From positions 2,866,524-2,930,523 of the forward strand of contig MU053873.1 in NCBI GenBank assembly GCA_013239625.1: a DNA stretch of 64,000 bases. The letters are read 5' to 3'. Below, in pieces: positions 39,101 to 53,405 of the stretch. The stretch is from Lama guanicoe. Lineage: Eukaryota. Both the position numbers and the translations under genes were made by a program. Numbering within the stretch: position 1 is the first letter of the stretch; every line of letters starts with the position of its first letter. Under the pieces are notes generated by a model, which was not told the origin of the DNA, made no database searches, and worked only from the letters and a program-made list of their open reading frames with translations.

Positions 39101-40315
39101 TTCACGTGTGTGGGGCCCCCTGAGACAGCCAGCGGTCAGGGAAGTAGCCCGTATTCCAGGGGCAGGAGGAGGCACAGAGAGAGCACTCTGCATTAGACAG
39201 AGATGGACAAATCTCCTAGCCAGAGGGAAGGAAGAACCAAAGACGTGGAATCTTGCTCAAGCCAGAGGGTCTTTGGTGGAGGGGGGTGAGGTGGCAGAGA
39301 AACTCAGCAGGAACAATCCTCCTTTTCCTTTTCCATCTTGGGACTTCAAGATGTCAACCTCTTTCCTGGGAGACGCAGGCAAGTCCCCTAACTGCTGGCT
39401 GAGTCCTGCCCATTGAAATCCTCAGGAGGCAACACTCACCATCCTGGATGCCAAAAGAAGTTAGGTCTTAACTGCCCCCTTGTGTCTCCCAGGTTGTCTA
39501 CTGTTGCCAAAAATACTAGAGGTGGAGAAACCCTAAGAGCTGGGAGCCAGGAAGCCTGGGTGTGAACCTCAGGTCCTCCCCTGATGAGCAAGTCCCTTAT
39601 CCTTGGTGGTCCAGGGCTTTTTCTGTTGTGACATGACAGTCTTGGACCAGATGCTCTGTCGGTTCAAGTCCCTTCCAGGGCTAGGATCAGTGGGACCTCA
39701 TGGTGTTCTGGTCCCCTGACTGCTGGGGATGTTGGCAGCTTGGACTAGGATGGTGGCTGTGGAAAGATGGACAGAAGTGCTTGGATTTGAGACACATTGT
39801 GGAAGTAGGGTTGGGAAACAGGGACAAGGAAAGAGCAAGCAGTCTGGGGAACCAGGTGTGGTTCCGTCTGGGATGGGCTGACAGCCGGAGAAGCAGTTGG
39901 GTGGTGGTGGATAGGGGGTCGGGAAAGAAATAGTTCTGTTTTGGCCATGTTAAATCTGAGATGTCAGTTAGACAAGCAGGAGGGTAGTTAGCAGGGAGTT
40001 GGATAGATGAATCTGGAGTTCACGGGAGAGGTCAAGGTTGGAGGTACAAATTAGGGGTCAATGGAATATAGATAACTATTGTTGAAAGCCATGGGACTGG
40101 ATGAGAACACACAGAGAAAAGGACAGCGTCCAGGATGGAGCTTTGGGACCCTCCAGGGTTTAGAAGTTGAGCAGAGGAGAGTGATGGAGCCAGCAGTGAA
40201 GAAGGGGGAGTTACAGGGTGGGCAGTGAGGAAGGAAGGGTGTGGGTGGATGAAACAGTAAGAAGGGGGTCTTGGATGGCCAACTGGGGACTTAGTTTGAA
40301 CTTTATAGCAGGTTT

Positions 40316-40368
40316 TCTTCCTTCCTTCCTTCCTTCCTTCCTTCCTTCCTGCCTTCCTTCCTTCCTTC

Positions 40369-40431
<63 letters not shown>

Positions 40432-40445
40432 CTTTTCTTTTCTTT
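40316..40445 (+). repeat. Compound (CCTT)n-(CTTT)n-(CT)n polypyrimidine microsatellite
   Basis: Direct reading. Confidence 0.95.
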
Positions 40446-41033
40446 AAGATGAGGGGTAAAGAAAAGGTTTGGAAGGCACATTGAACATCAAGAAAGGCAT
40501 CTCTTGCAGGAATATCCTAAAGAACGGGAGGTGGGAGAGAAAGGGCTGTCTTGGTTGGATGGGGCTGCAGGGGAAGAGTCCTTAGGAGAGAGCCAAGCTT
40601 CAGTTCAGGCAAGATGTTGCAGATGGTGTTTTGAGAAGTTGCAAATATAAAAGCGTTGATGATATAAAGTCCCAGCTGAATGCAAATGAAACATGATGAA
40701 ACTTAAAGTTATGAGACCTTATCTATTAAGTCCTGATATCAACCGCACGGCGTAGGTATCACTACTCCCATTCTACAGATGACAAAAAGGAGGCGCAGAG
40801 AGGTTAAGTGACTTGTCCAAGGTCACACAGCCATTGATGACAGTACTAGGACTTGAACCCTAGTCCTTCCGACTTGAGAACCCAACCTCTTAAAGAAACT
40901 ACGTATATTTACCGTGCCAATATATAAAAAACCCCCACATAACACAACACTCCCAAAAAGGCATATCTAGAGGAAATCATCTTAACTTATATCTAAACAT
41001 CAAGAAAAACACATGACAGCCTGGAATACCTAC

Positions 41034-41230
41034 CTATGTAGTTCATGATGAATCCCTGGCCCTTCCCGAAGATGAGGCCGGCGGGGTCCGAGTGGAACTG
41101 GATGGTCAGGTCCGGCGTGGATGAGTACAGCTTCTGGGGACCGCTGTTTCCTAGATACTGGCCCAAGATGTGGGGCGTGACCTCATCACCGTCATAGATG
41201 GTCAGGATGTCGCTGTTGCTCAAGTTCAGG
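41034..41230 (-). CDS. SEZ6L: SEZ6L coding exon 10, second half of CUB domain
   Basis: 197 bp; cccAG/GTaggt; LNLSNSDILTIYDGDEVTPHILGQYLGNSGPQKLYSSTPDLTIQFHSDPAGLIFGKGQGFIMNYI; joins exon 9 in frame (TT|C = Phe). Confidence 0.97.
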
Positions 41231-43012
41231 CTGGGGCGAGGGCAGAGACAAGAGGAGGGGTCTTGCGAAGCTAAGTTACGGACATTCAACAAGCCTTTGA
41301 TTTATTTTTCCAGGTAATATGCATTTTTTTGAGACATACTACATATCAGGCCCCAAGCGAGGACTGGGGGTGAGGTCGGCACAGACCGAACACGCGAGCG
41401 GGGCACACTGATCCTTCCTAGGAGCACGGGACACGGATCTGGGGAGGGACTGGGCTTTTGAAGTGTCATTCGTGAAACAGCCTTCCCCGCACGGAGTTCA
41501 CTGCAGTCAAGTGCTGCAGAGATGCTTCTGAACTCTCATCATTGACCACCTTTTCCTGGGCGAGACTAAATGCTGGGCACGGGGCTCCCTGCTGGGGGTG
41601 TGACATGGGCCTTTCATTCTTCTTTGATGCAGAACAGGCTGACTGCACGCTAATTATAATTTGCATTCTCACAGAAGGTGAACCGATCCTTCCATTTATC
41701 GTGTGGCAAATTCCTCAAACTCAACCAGGTTATCTATCATGTTTAGGGGATGAGGCAGAGGGTGGGAAGGAGGCCGCCTTTCTCATGAAACACACTCAAA
41801 GTTCCTATCACTATTCTTAGCATTCCAGGATGACACATTTTAAAAGACTCAAATGCAAGAAAGTACCTTGACACTAGAAATTTGGATCGCGATGGATAGT
41901 CAATAATCCAGAAAGTGCTTCAATATGCTACAGAAACACGTGCTGTGTTAGGTGTGCCGGATAAAATTGATCTCCTATTGAAAGAATGCCAGATAATTCA
42001 GCTTTGGCTGCATCAGTCATGGACAGGTATTAACTCATGCCTCTTTCCTTTCTTTCTCCTTCTCCCCTTTCTTTCTTATGTCTTTCTCCTTTTCTTGTGT
42101 CCGCTCCCTCATATTCTCAAGGACCTACTAGGTGCCAGGCACTGTGCTGTGCTCAGAGGACATGAGGAGTCACAGAGCAGTGGTATATGTGGAAGAGAAA
42201 GCCAGTGCTTGTGGGAGGAGTGACAATCAAGGTAAGTGCAGAGAAGGCTGTCTAACTCAGATTGGAGGCATCATGGAGGCCTCCCTGGAGGAGGTGATGC
42301 TTGCTTCGGATCCTCAAATAAGAAAAGGGGATGACAAGGCGGATAAACAAGAGGTAGGAAGAAGGCAGTGCCTGGGGCAGAGGGAGGAAGGGAGAGGGAT
42401 CAAGGCTCACAAAGGAACTTGTTTGGTGGTCAGTGAAACCAGGTTTGGGTATAGACATGGGAGCAGGAGCCAAACCATGCAGGGTTTAGGAAGCCAAATT
42501 TAGGTCATTTGGATGTCATCCCATTGGGGATGGGAGACATGAAAGGATTTTAAACAGGAGCATCCTGACTAAGCAATTCACTGCCGGAGGAGAGGCGTTT
42601 CAGGAAATGGCCTGAAGTTCCTGGAATTGATACAGAGTGACAAGAACCACCCCCACCTCCCAGCTTCATCCAATGCCCAAGGGCGGTGTTTGTTGCCAGT
42701 CTGGGAGTGGGGAGGAGACGTGGAAACCACCCATGCTGGTGCTTCAAGCAGTAAGAACAAAATGACAGAAGCACAAGGTGTACTGCTGCAGGTTGGTTTC
42801 CAGAGGGCAGGGAATGCATGCTACTCACCACTGTATCTTCCACAGCATCTCTCACAATTCCTCAGGTCAGGCTGTCCTAAAGGGTGGCCTCGGGAGATTC
42901 TAACTGCCCCCATAACCTCCATCATCTTCCCCTGCTCCAGCCCCAAAACATCCTCTCCTAACAAAAGCTATGTGCTCATTTTGCACACATGGCTTCAAGA
43001 TTAAACTCCTAG

Positions 43013-43237
43013 TTTGGGATTAACAGATACACATTACTGTATATAAAACAGATACATAACAAGGACCTACTGTGTAGCACAGGGAACCATATTCAATTTC
43101 TTGTAGTAAGCTGTAATGGAAAAGAATCAATCTACCTACCTACCTACCTACCTATATCTGTAATTGAATCGCTTTGCTCTACATCTGGAACTAACACTGT
43201 AAATTGACCACGCTTCAGTAGAAAATAAGAATGAAAA
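43013..43237 (+). mobile_element. 5'-truncated L1 3' end with (CTAC)n
   Basis: TSD aagattaaactcctag 42997-43012 / aagactaagctcctag 43238-43253. Confidence 0.85.
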
Positions 43238-43984
43238 AAGACTAAGCTCCTAGACTCTCCCTGCCTTCTGCCAGTTTCCAACTAGGTGACAGCCTCTAAA
43301 CCCCTATTATACTGAAATTCTGGAGTCGCCCCCTTCCTCTGCACACAGTAGGTGCTCAATAAATGGTATGGTATCAAAGAGCCTGCCAGACTGCCTATGT
43401 GACGACAGAAGTAGATGTCAGCTCTTGAACTGTGGTAGGGAACAGCCTCTTAACTCAAAGTACCAAGAAGACATCAATAGCTCATGAAAGTGTCGGACTG
43501 GGCCAGCGTGAAACCTGGTAGATGGCGGATATTTGTTCCTTAAGCCGACTTCACAGCCGATCCGCTGGTAACGGTGGGTTCCAGACAGTGCACAGCTTGG
43601 CTTTATTCTACCATTCATTTCAATGATCTAAATGCAGTAGGAGCATCTTTAAGGGTGCGAAGAGCTTTCATTTTAAAACCCCAGTGCAACTCTTTGTTCT
43701 TTGTAAAATCGGAAGGTGCAGTGCGCTGGAGAGAGCAGAATGCCTTGGAAATCAGAAAGCTTTGGTTTGATTCCTGGTTCGACATTTTCATAGAGGGCAT
43801 GTGGTTTTTCTGAAGTTCCTTGTCTGTGAATAGACAGTCTTAATAAATAAATAAAAAGTCATGGGCTTTGCAGTGAGGTGAGACATGCAGAAGATCTGGG
43901 ATCAGATTCCAGGTTCACTGATAGCACCTGAGCAAGTTTGGTCAAGTCATCTGAATGTTACGTCAGGTTGTGATGTTATTATGG

Positions 43985-44055
43985 GCATCATCACCATCAC
44001 CACCAGCATCATCATGATCATCACCGTCACCATCATCACTGTCACCATCATCGTC
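43985..44055 (+). repeat. Imperfect (CAT/CAC)n trinucleotide repeat
   Basis: Direct reading. Confidence 0.85.
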
Positions 44056-46410
44056 CTCTTTTTCGGTTGTCTTTTATACCCAACCTCAACCACAGGAGGT
44101 TTTGTCCCTCAGAGGCACTTGACAAAGTCTAGAGGCACTGTTGTCCCAGTGAAGGGAGTGCCACTGGTAAGTCAACGTTGGGGAGACTGGTAAACATCCA
44201 ACAATGCACAAGATTGCCTCCTCCCACAACAAAGAATTTGGGTCACAACAATCTGGACGGAAAATGTCAACAGTGCTCAGGCTGAGAAACCCTTACTTAT
44301 GCGAATGCATTTTGTAACAGTATAAAACAAACTATTAAGTGCCACTTCTCCTGTTGTCCTGGAATTTCAGACAAAACTCCCTAAGCTAAGAACAAGCCAA
44401 AATAGGTACTGAGCATTCCTATTTTCTAAAGGGATACACGTGGCCATTGAGTAAGACTGGGTTCTCCAGAAGCAGAGCCTGAGCAGAGATGCGACTGTCT
44501 CTTGGAGACTGGCTTATTTGGGAAACCATCCCAGGCAGCACAGGACGCAGGAGGAAGGGAAGGAGCCAGTGCATGGTGCACGGATGGGCAAATTCCACTG
44601 GGGGCACTGGTCTCAGTCCTGCAGGAACTGTGAGAGATGGTGCAGAACATACCTCAGGAGAGAGGGAGCTGGGGTATTTATCCTCCAACTCCCATCCCTC
44701 ATTGGCTGAGGGTTGCTATGAGGGGTGCTGAATCTCCAGCACTTCTGACTCACTAGGTACCACATAAAGCCTTCAGGCAAAGAAGGCTGCAGTAGAAAGC
44801 CATCGTGGGTACACAGTGGCAAGTGCTGTAGGGCTTGGGCAGTACACCAATGGCATCGGCCACCACCATCTATGCAGCTCTTCCAATCTCAGCCCTCCTC
44901 CCGCCTCGAGTTTACAGAACACAGAGAATTCACTGGGCCATGAAGAGACTTGCAGGAAAGATGGCCTCAAGGGGCGTGTCACTCCGGGAGGGGATCCATG
45001 GGGAAGGGAGATGGTGTATCACCCTCATCTAGTGCAGAGGGCTTCGAAGAAACTCTTGGTGGTTTGGCAGGTGTTTTGAGGGGGAGGGGGATTGGGAAAC
45101 AGTGTCTGTATTTGATGCTCACCAAGAAAACAGTAAGGATACAAATCAGCCTGAAGCTGCCTTACTACCTGGGGGCAGAGCAAAGCGGGGAAAAGGGGGT
45201 GTGGTGTTGGGCGTGAGCTGCCCATGACTGATGAGAATGGAGAGGTTTCCCAGGTCTAGATGTGAACCCTGATAAAGGCAGACCCTGTGGGTCTCCTTAA
45301 AAGTGTTCCCACCCTAAAAGTGTGATGGGATCCAGCAGAAGGGAAGGTCAAGAGCAGCCGGGCTCGGCAGGCTCCACTCATGTCAAGTACCCCATAAGAG
45401 AGAAGAAAAAAACCAGCATTCTGCGCATTCCATAACATAACAGCGGGGACACATTAGGTTTTCCTGTGAGAAAGCAGCATCCCATGGGGCCCTTCCTCAC
45501 TGCAGAATTCCCAGCCCGAGGAGCCCTGCTGACAGCGGGGTGAGGTTTTAAAATGAATGATGCTTAGAGCTATACGATTATCAGACTGAACTGCACTTGT
45601 GACCAGAAGACCCCATGAAAACAAAGCTTTCACCACAAGAAGCCAAAAAAAAAAAAAGGAAAAGAAATGTGAAGGGGCAGTAGGAGAAAGAATAAAATTC
45701 CTCTCTGCTGTACTCTTCTGATCTACCTTTTTGACAGACAGGTTCCAACAATACACACAAATGCTGGTAATTAATTTTCTCCCCATCCCAAAACGAGCCT
45801 GCGTTTTCCCTCGCCCATCCGGCTGTGTTGGATACACCGAGTCATCCAAGGTCCCGGCCACCGGGCCGTCTTCAGCAACTGAGAGGAAGATGCAGAGACT
45901 GAAGGGTAGAGGGATTGGCCACAGGGCAGAGCAGGGCTGTCTGCCGAGGACGGAAGAGAGATGTCAGTGAGATACAATCCAAGGAGGCACCGAGAAATTG
46001 AGATGTCAGTTTGACTCCAGAGCAAACAGGAGATGGAGAGGTGCCGGCAGGCAGGTGGGTGTGAGTTGACTGGAATTGGGTGTAGCAGGACCCCAGAGGG
46101 AGAATTCCACCAGAAGATAGAACTTCCCAAGGCCAGCCGCTGCCTGCGTTCTAAGCTGCAGGGGGGAAAGGCTTTCTCTGGGCACAGGGTCTTGAGCTCT
46201 TGCCAGGAGACCTCAGCTTCTGTCTCCTATCTGACAAGCCACCCCTTTCTCCTTGTCTCTGCCATTGGCTTCTCCCCATCATCTTTCAGCTGGATTGTGG
46301 GACAGAACCTCATGGCCTCCTGACTCTATCCTTCCCTGGCCACAATCCCTCTCCTGTCAGAAGTCAGGTGAATCAGACCTGGACTCTTCATTTGACAGCT
46401 CAATAGAAGC

Positions 46411-46535
46411 GGGGGGAGGATATAGCTCAGTGGTAGAGTGCATGCTTAGCATGCATGAGGCCCTGGGTTCAATCCCCAGTATTTCCATTAAAATAAATAA
46501 GTAAATAAACCTAATTACCTCCCCCTTCAAAAAAA
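46411..46535 (+). mobile_element. Vic-1-type camelid SINE
   Basis: A box TAGCTCAGTGG, B box GGTTCAATCCC, tail aaataaataagtaaataaacctaattacctcccc. Confidence 0.85.
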
Positions 46536-46955
46536 TCAGTAGATATACAAATGTGGTCTACCCATACAATGGAATATTACCTAGCCCTGAAAAGGTATGA
46601 AGTACCAACATACACTGCAACATGGACCAGCCTTACAAACTTTATGCTGCGTGAAAAAAGCCAGTCCCAAAAGGCCACATATGGTATGATTCCATTTATA
46701 AGAACTATCCAGAAGAGGTAAATCCATAGAGACACAAAGCAACTTGGTGATTGCCAAGGGCCCGGAAGCCGGGTGGGGAGGAATGGAGAGTGATTGCTTA
46801 ATAGACATGCGGTTTGTTTAGGGGATGATGACAATGTTTTGGGACTAGATACAGGTGGTAGTTGCACAAGAGTGTGCGTGGACTCAATAGCACTGAATAA
46901 TACACGATAAAACGGTTAATGTCATGTTATGTGAATTTCACCTCTGTTTAAAAAA
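46536..46955 (+). mobile_element. L1MB-like 3' fragment
   Basis: atgtggtctacccatacaatggaatatta...gaggtaaatccatagagaca...tgttatgtgaatttcacctc. Confidence 0.8.
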
Positions 46956-49900
46956 TGCTACTCATCTGGGGTGAAGTCCAAGTTTTTGATCGTAGTGTCA
47001 AGGCTCCGTGCATCTATTTTTCACCCCCTCCTCTCCCCACGGCCTCATCTCTCCAACCCAATATTCCAATACAAATATTTTACAGACTGAATTACTTGCC
47101 AATTTCTCCAAAGAATGGTGCCCTTGCCCACCTCTGGGGCTTTCCACGTGCCGGTCCCTGTACCCTGAATTCTTCCGTAGCCTTCTCTCTCTAGACCTGG
47201 GTGACCCCACCCCTCCATCTTTTCTCAGTCTTCTGAGACTCGCTCACGCATGGGGCCCCCACCGCCCCTTGTATCTGGGCTAGGAGCCCCTCCGTGCTGA
47301 CCCCTCATACAGAGCTCAGCACTCATGCTCCAGTGGTCTGGGCATGTCTGCATAGACCAGAGGCTCCCTGAGGCTGCGGAGCACGTCTGCCTGCTCTCGG
47401 CTGTGTCCCCAGCTCTCGGCACGGTGCTGAGTGTGTGCTGGGTGAATCAGCACCAGCCCAGGGCAGATGTCCCGGTTTCAGTTCCCACTCAACTTGGACT
47501 GTGGTTCTGGTTTCCTCTCTGCCTGGGACCCTGACCCCAGATGGACCCTTAACCTGGGCCAGCCTTGGGAGTGGGACTCCTCTGGTTCTGGCTACATTCA
47601 GCACTTGCTCCCAGGAGTTAATTTGAAAGCCCTACACGATGGGAGCTGCCCCAAATGCTTTCTGCCCCACCTGCCTCCTGGACCCTTCTGGCCCACGCCC
47701 TCCATTCTTCTTACATATGCAGGTCACTGGAATTAAGCCTGATACCACGACGCCCCTACGTGCCTGATAAGTCACTCCAATGCCAACCCATGGCCTTGAC
47801 CACCTGGGTTCTAGCTTTCCTGCGCCCCTCCCCACCCCTTGATGCTGCTCCAGGCACATCCTGAGCCCCGTCCAGTGCCTGAGCAGCCATCGGCAGGCAT
47901 GCCATCCAGTGCTTCCACGTCTAGCATCCCCTTCAATTCCTCTCTGTGGCAGGGCCGTAAAAATACTGGTCTCACGGTGTTTTGGGAGAAAAGATCTCCC
48001 AAGACCTCACTTAGCTTTTGCATAACAATGCTGCCTCCTGAGTATTCTGCACTCAAACAACAGCAACCACCCCATAAACTAAGACTTACAACATACCCTC
48101 TTTTCCCCAGATGACGACACTGAGGCTCAGCCAGGAGAAACCACCTACCCAAGGTTAGGTAGGAATCAGACCCAAGACTCAAACCTAAGTCTGCCGGAGC
48201 CAAAGCCTGAGAAAGGAACCACTATTTTATGTGACATCCCATGAAAGCCACATATACTTGTCACCAAAAAATGTGCCCAGGTTCCGTCTTGTCTCAGAAA
48301 ATATGAATTAAAAATTGCAAATAAAACCTGCAGGATGAAGAAGCCCCATTTCACTGCCACCCCTCCTCCCTCCATTCTGACACACCTTTTATTCTCATGA
48401 TGCCATTGCTAAAGTTCATTCGATTAGAATCATGACTTCCAAGATTCCCCCCCCAAGATAATATTTATTCTTTCTGCAGACTCCCTGTTTTAAAAATATC
48501 TTGTCTCCTAAACATTTTACATTTCTTGGTAGCAAATTTGTTTCTCTTTGTTGCCATTCTCCTTCGTGTATAACAGAGTAGGCGATAAAAATCACCCTTA
48601 AACTGGCTACTGAGACTGGGTGGCTTTATTTTAGTGGCATGAGATTTCTGTTATGAGTTTGGAAATATTTTAGAAGAGTTCGGGAAGAATGCATAAGAAA
48701 CTGGTATAGTATTTGCCTCGAGGGAGGAGGCTGTTTGCTGGGGGACAGTGGGAAACTTGACTTTCACAGTAGACTGTTGTGTATCGTTGGGTTTTGAATT
48801 GTGTGAGTGTACTACCTTTTAAAAATGGATAAAAATAGCCCAGGGGACTCTCATTATGGCTTTCACTAGGGTCCAGAGTGGTGAGGATGGAACGCAGATT
48901 TGAATCTGACACACATTAGCAAACCCTTCCCTGGTGAAGTAATTCTCCTCTTGGCCAGTAGAGGGCAGTGTATGTCTAAGTAAGGTATAGGCGGCTATTC
49001 CCCAGCAGAATGTCCCCCCACCTCTACCCCCAGTCAACCTGGAGCCTGGATGTGGGGAGACAGTGGTAGGTGACGTTTGTAACTGTTGAGCTGGAGTTAA
49101 TATTCCACAGAAGGAGTAGAAAGAAATGGTGAGCAAACCACCTTGCTTTTCTTTATTCCTTTCCAAATAAACGTCTGAATCTTGCTTAGAAATCTTGCCT
49201 TTAAAAGTCTTTCCTGAGTGGTGCTCATAAGATGATTTTTAGGTAGGCAAACATACTTGGAAATGTCTAATGGCTAGGCATTTATTTAAATGTGAATTAG
49301 AAAAATATATAAATATGTGGTTTGCACATCAAACTTTTAATTTCACGGACATTACTTTGCTGAGAGTCAGGTAAGTGAAAAAGGCAAGGCAATTGATATG
49401 CAGTTTAAGGGGGAAAATAAGAAGTAGCTGGTAATAGAATTGGACGGTGGAAATCACAAAAATTAGCCCACAGAATAAAGCTCAATTCTCTCAGCCCATG
49501 AAGTCCACGGTCGGGCCCCAGCTCACCTCTGCAGTCTCAAACATCTCTGGATGCCAGATCCTTTGCAGCCCTAGACTTGCCTTAGCCAGGCTGGCCCCCT
49601 GGATCTGGGATGCCTCCCCTCTCCTCTCTGCTGGACAGCATTTTGCCCCCTGTGCTGCCCACACCCGCCTGCGTTTACAGCTAGATGATAGCTAGCCAGG
49701 GCTTTCCTAAGGCTTCCAAGGTGCCGGGTGCTGTTCTCAGCCCTTCACAAGTACCGTTTCATTTTATCCTCCAATGAACCTTCTAAGGACTACTATTCTC
49801 ACCCATTTCACAGATAAACAAACAGAGGCACCCAGAGGTGAAGAAACGGGATGAAGTTCAAACAGCTGGTCGTAAGAAGAGTCAGAGGCCAAACCTACGT

Positions 49901-50157
49901 AGCTGGAAGGTAAATCCCCAGCACTGAACCACAGGACTCTACCTGCCTGTTTCAGCTCCCACCCCAGGCTACGAGCTTCCGGAAGGCTCATGCCCTTTGT
50001 CCTCATATCCCTAGACTCAGCACGGGGCTTGGCACAGGTGAAATCAGTGTTATTTACATGGGTGAATTATGGGAGATTCAGCTTTGGGTTTTTCCTCCAG
50101 GTGAGCAAACTGAGGTTCACCGGGATTAAAAAACTTTTCTAAGAAAACACCATCTTG

Positions 50158-50777
50158 TGACTGGATAAAGAAGTTGTGGTACACACACACACACACACAC
50201 ACACATGCATGCACATAAGCGCACACACACAATGGCATACTACTCAGCCATAAAAGAGAATAAAATAATGCTACTTGCAGCAACATGGATGGATCTGGAG
50301 ATTTTCACTCTAAGTGAAGTAAGCCAGAAAGAGAAAGAAAAATACCATATGCTATCATTCATATGTGGTATCTTGAAAAAAACAAATGAACTTATTTACA
50401 AAACAGAAACAGATTCACAGACATAGAAAACAATCTTACAGTTGGTTACCAGTGGGGTAGGGGATGGGAAGGGATAAATTGAGGGTTCACGATTTGCAGA
50501 CACTAACTATTACATATAAAATAGATAAAGTTTCTACTGTATAGCACAGGCATCTATGGTCAACATCTTTTAGTAATCTATATGAAAAAGAATATGAAAA
50601 GGAATATATGTATGTATATGTATGACTGAAGCATTATGCTGTACACCAGAAATTAACACATTGTAAACTGACTACTCTTCAATTAAAAAAAAAGATTTGG
50701 CAGAAAAACAGAGAAAAATAGACAATGGATATCAAGGAGAAAATTGACAGAAAAATAAAACTTAATATAAGGAAAAA
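50158..50777 (+). mobile_element. Relatively young L1 3' portion with (CA)n and 3' extension
   Basis: ORF2 end plus 3'UTR; perfect 17-bp TSD aagaaaacaccatcttg at 50141-50157 and 50778-50794. Confidence 0.9.
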
Positions 50778-52634
50778 AAGAAAACACCATCTTGCAATTA
50801 AGGCAGGACCTCCATGGGATGGTAGAGATGGTGATTAAGTACATCGTAGGGTTTAAATAAAGGGGAAAAAAAAAGAGAATCAGAACTCATAAATCCAGTG
50901 GTAGGTGTAGCAAACTTTTAAAAAACACTTATATTTTTCTTGAAAGCCTTAAAAAAAGACTTGTTTTGAATTCTTTTGCACCCGTTTTCTTATTATAGCC
51001 CCTCAACCACATGGTGAAGGGTGTCAGAGAACATGCTATTAATCCCATTTCACAGTGAAGTAAACTGAGGCCAGGAAGGCCCAGATCCTAAGGCTTCCGC
51101 TCCTTCACGAAGCCGCCCAGCCAGCGCCAGGTCCTCCTCGACACCGTGGAATTGCTGAGGGCCCTTTGGCCCAGCGCTAATTTGGTTTCAATTTAATTTG
51201 ATAAAATGGCAGGCAGGACAAGAAACCATGTCACCTCCAGGGAGGGCAGAGAAAACCAATCTCTTCGGCTCCCTAAAAGGATCCATTAAAGCAAAAAAAA
51301 AAAAGAACAGTTTTCTCATTTTCTGCTATGTCCTTCCCTGATTCCTTCCTCCCCTTCTTCCTTTTTCCTTTTCTCCCCCCAGATACCCGCCAAGCACTGG
51401 TCTGCGTCCAGCTCAGACCTAGCCCTTGCCCGTGCTTCTCAGTCCTGGCTGTACAGGAGAATCTCTGGGGAGATTTAACAACTCGCTGCACCCAGGCCAG
51501 TCAGACCCTCGGCATCCCTGCAGGTGGGTCCCGGGCGTCAGTGTTGATGAAATTCCCCAGGAGGCTGTACCAGCAGCCAGGACTGATTTGCTGCCCTGGA
51601 GGTGTCAATGTGGATGAGACCCAGTCTCTGTTCTGCCTTTCTTTTTTTCTTTCTTCTGCCTTTCTCCCTTTCTCGACCAATTCCCCCTATTATTCCCAAA
51701 GAGAAGAAGAAAGGGACCCCCTCATTGGACATGCCTTCCTCCGGGATCACCCCACATCCCTGGAACGAGCCATCTCAGAATGTGGTGGGCAGAGCTTTGG
51801 CAAGGTCACCGAGAAGACGCTTCCCACCCAGCACTACAGACCAGGGGCAAACCCAACAGCTCCCAGCTGCTTTGCTGGGAGAGCACAAAGAGATTAGTCC
51901 TCAACCACCTGGTGTTTTCGCTCCATCCTGAGAAGGAGGGCTAAAAGAATGGGCTTTGGGTTCAAATCCTAAGTGAGCTGGTTTCTAGCTGGGTGACCTC
52001 GAGAAAGTGGCTTAACCTCTCTGATCCTCAGTGTCCTCACCTGTAAAATGGGGCTAATATTACTGAGAGCTGTAAATGACTTAAGTAGTGCCAGGAAGTC
52101 AACTAACAGAGCATCTTTTTGTCTTTGAAAAAGTATATTTATAATGATCACTGGGACATTGTTCTGTACACCAGAAATTGACACATCGTAACTGACAGTA
52201 CTTCAATTTTAAAAAATTAGCATGTAAAAAAAAAGTATATTTGTAACGAACTCCACAGCCTGTTAAGGGGAGAGTGGGTGTGGTGTCAGGAGAGCTCTCT
52301 GAGAGGCGCCCCTCTGCTGCTTCTCTGCCCTGTGACCCTGGACAAGTCGTCCAGCCTGGGCCTCAGTTTCCCCGGTGAAAATCTCAGAATACACCAATTG
52401 TAAAATAATTAACAATGGCCAAGCACCAAGCCGTGGGTATAAATCTTGTCCTGTTCTTTTTCTAGCTATGGGATTGCAGGCAAGTTACTTCACCTCTCTG
52501 AGGCTTGGTTTCCTCAGCTGTAAAATGGGGATAATAATGGCCACCTTGTAGGGTCAGTTGTGCACCGAGATGTCATCTGGAGCTTTGGACTGGGGCCAGG
52601 AGACCCGAGTTCTAACCCTTACTCTTCTTTGGCT

Positions 52635-53160
52635 GAGGTAGCATGAATGCAGAAATGATTTCAAAGCTCTGCCCTCTTCCACGTCCATATCCTTTGCCAC
52701 GAGGCTTCGAAGCATCTGCCACCAAGAGGTGGAGTCTTGTTTCTCCACCCCTTCAGTCCGGGCTGGTCCTTGCTCTGTGACTCGCCACAGAGTATGGGAG
52801 ATGATGCTGGGCCAATTCCCAGTCTAGGGTCACTCAAGAGGCCCTGAAGGCTTCTGCTCTTTTCACCAGTCACCTTGGGAGGGAGCCCAAGCTAGCTGTT
52901 GGAGGATGAGAGACACGTGTGACAGGGGTGAGCCATCCGAGGCTAGGCCTGCCTAGACTGTCTGACAACCAACCTGCCCCAGTCACGATCTACAGGGCCA
53001 CCTATCCAACCCACAGCTGCCCGCAGCCACAGAAGTGAGCTAGATGAGAGCAGAGGAACCACCTTGCTGACCCGTAGACTCATGAGAAATGATACAAGCT
53101 TGCTGTTTTATGCCACTGAGTTTGGGGTCGTTTGTTATGCAGCAAGAGCTGACTGATAGA
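52635..53160 (+). mobile_element. MaLR LTR (MLT1H/I-like)
   Basis: ccaccaagaggtggagtcttgtttctccacccc...ttttatgccactgagtttggggtcgtttgttatgcagcaagagctgactgata. Confidence 0.7.
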
Positions 53161-53405
53161 GGGGTCTTGGGACAGTCTTTTCCCTTCTCTGGGTCTCAGC
53201 TTCCTCATCTGCAAGGTGATGGAATTTGGACTCTGAACTGTGCTGTTCCTTCTCAGATTCCTTAAAACCCTGGGCTCTGGGAAATCCCATCTCCCCTCCA
53301 CTAATGGATTGCAAGGCTTGTATTTCTATTGTGGCCAATTATCCCATGATTTCTGCTGGTGTCTGGAAATCTGTGCCCCTGGGGCCAGCACTGCCTTTAA
53401 CTCTT

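Noticed and set aside
40032..40484. ORFs with ER/KEGR or PSFL repeats
   Set aside because: Translations of the (CCTT)/(CTTT)/(CT) microsatellite
46414..46487. Apparent tRNA-Ala(AGC) gene with intact anticodon and T stems
   Set aside because: Acceptor stem is mispaired and an A-rich SINE tail follows; three related copies with flanking duplications occur in the window, so it is a SINE head
52300..52320. CTCF-like gcagcagaggggcgcc on the minus strand
   Set aside because: Extra G breaks core spacing and it lies inside a MIR
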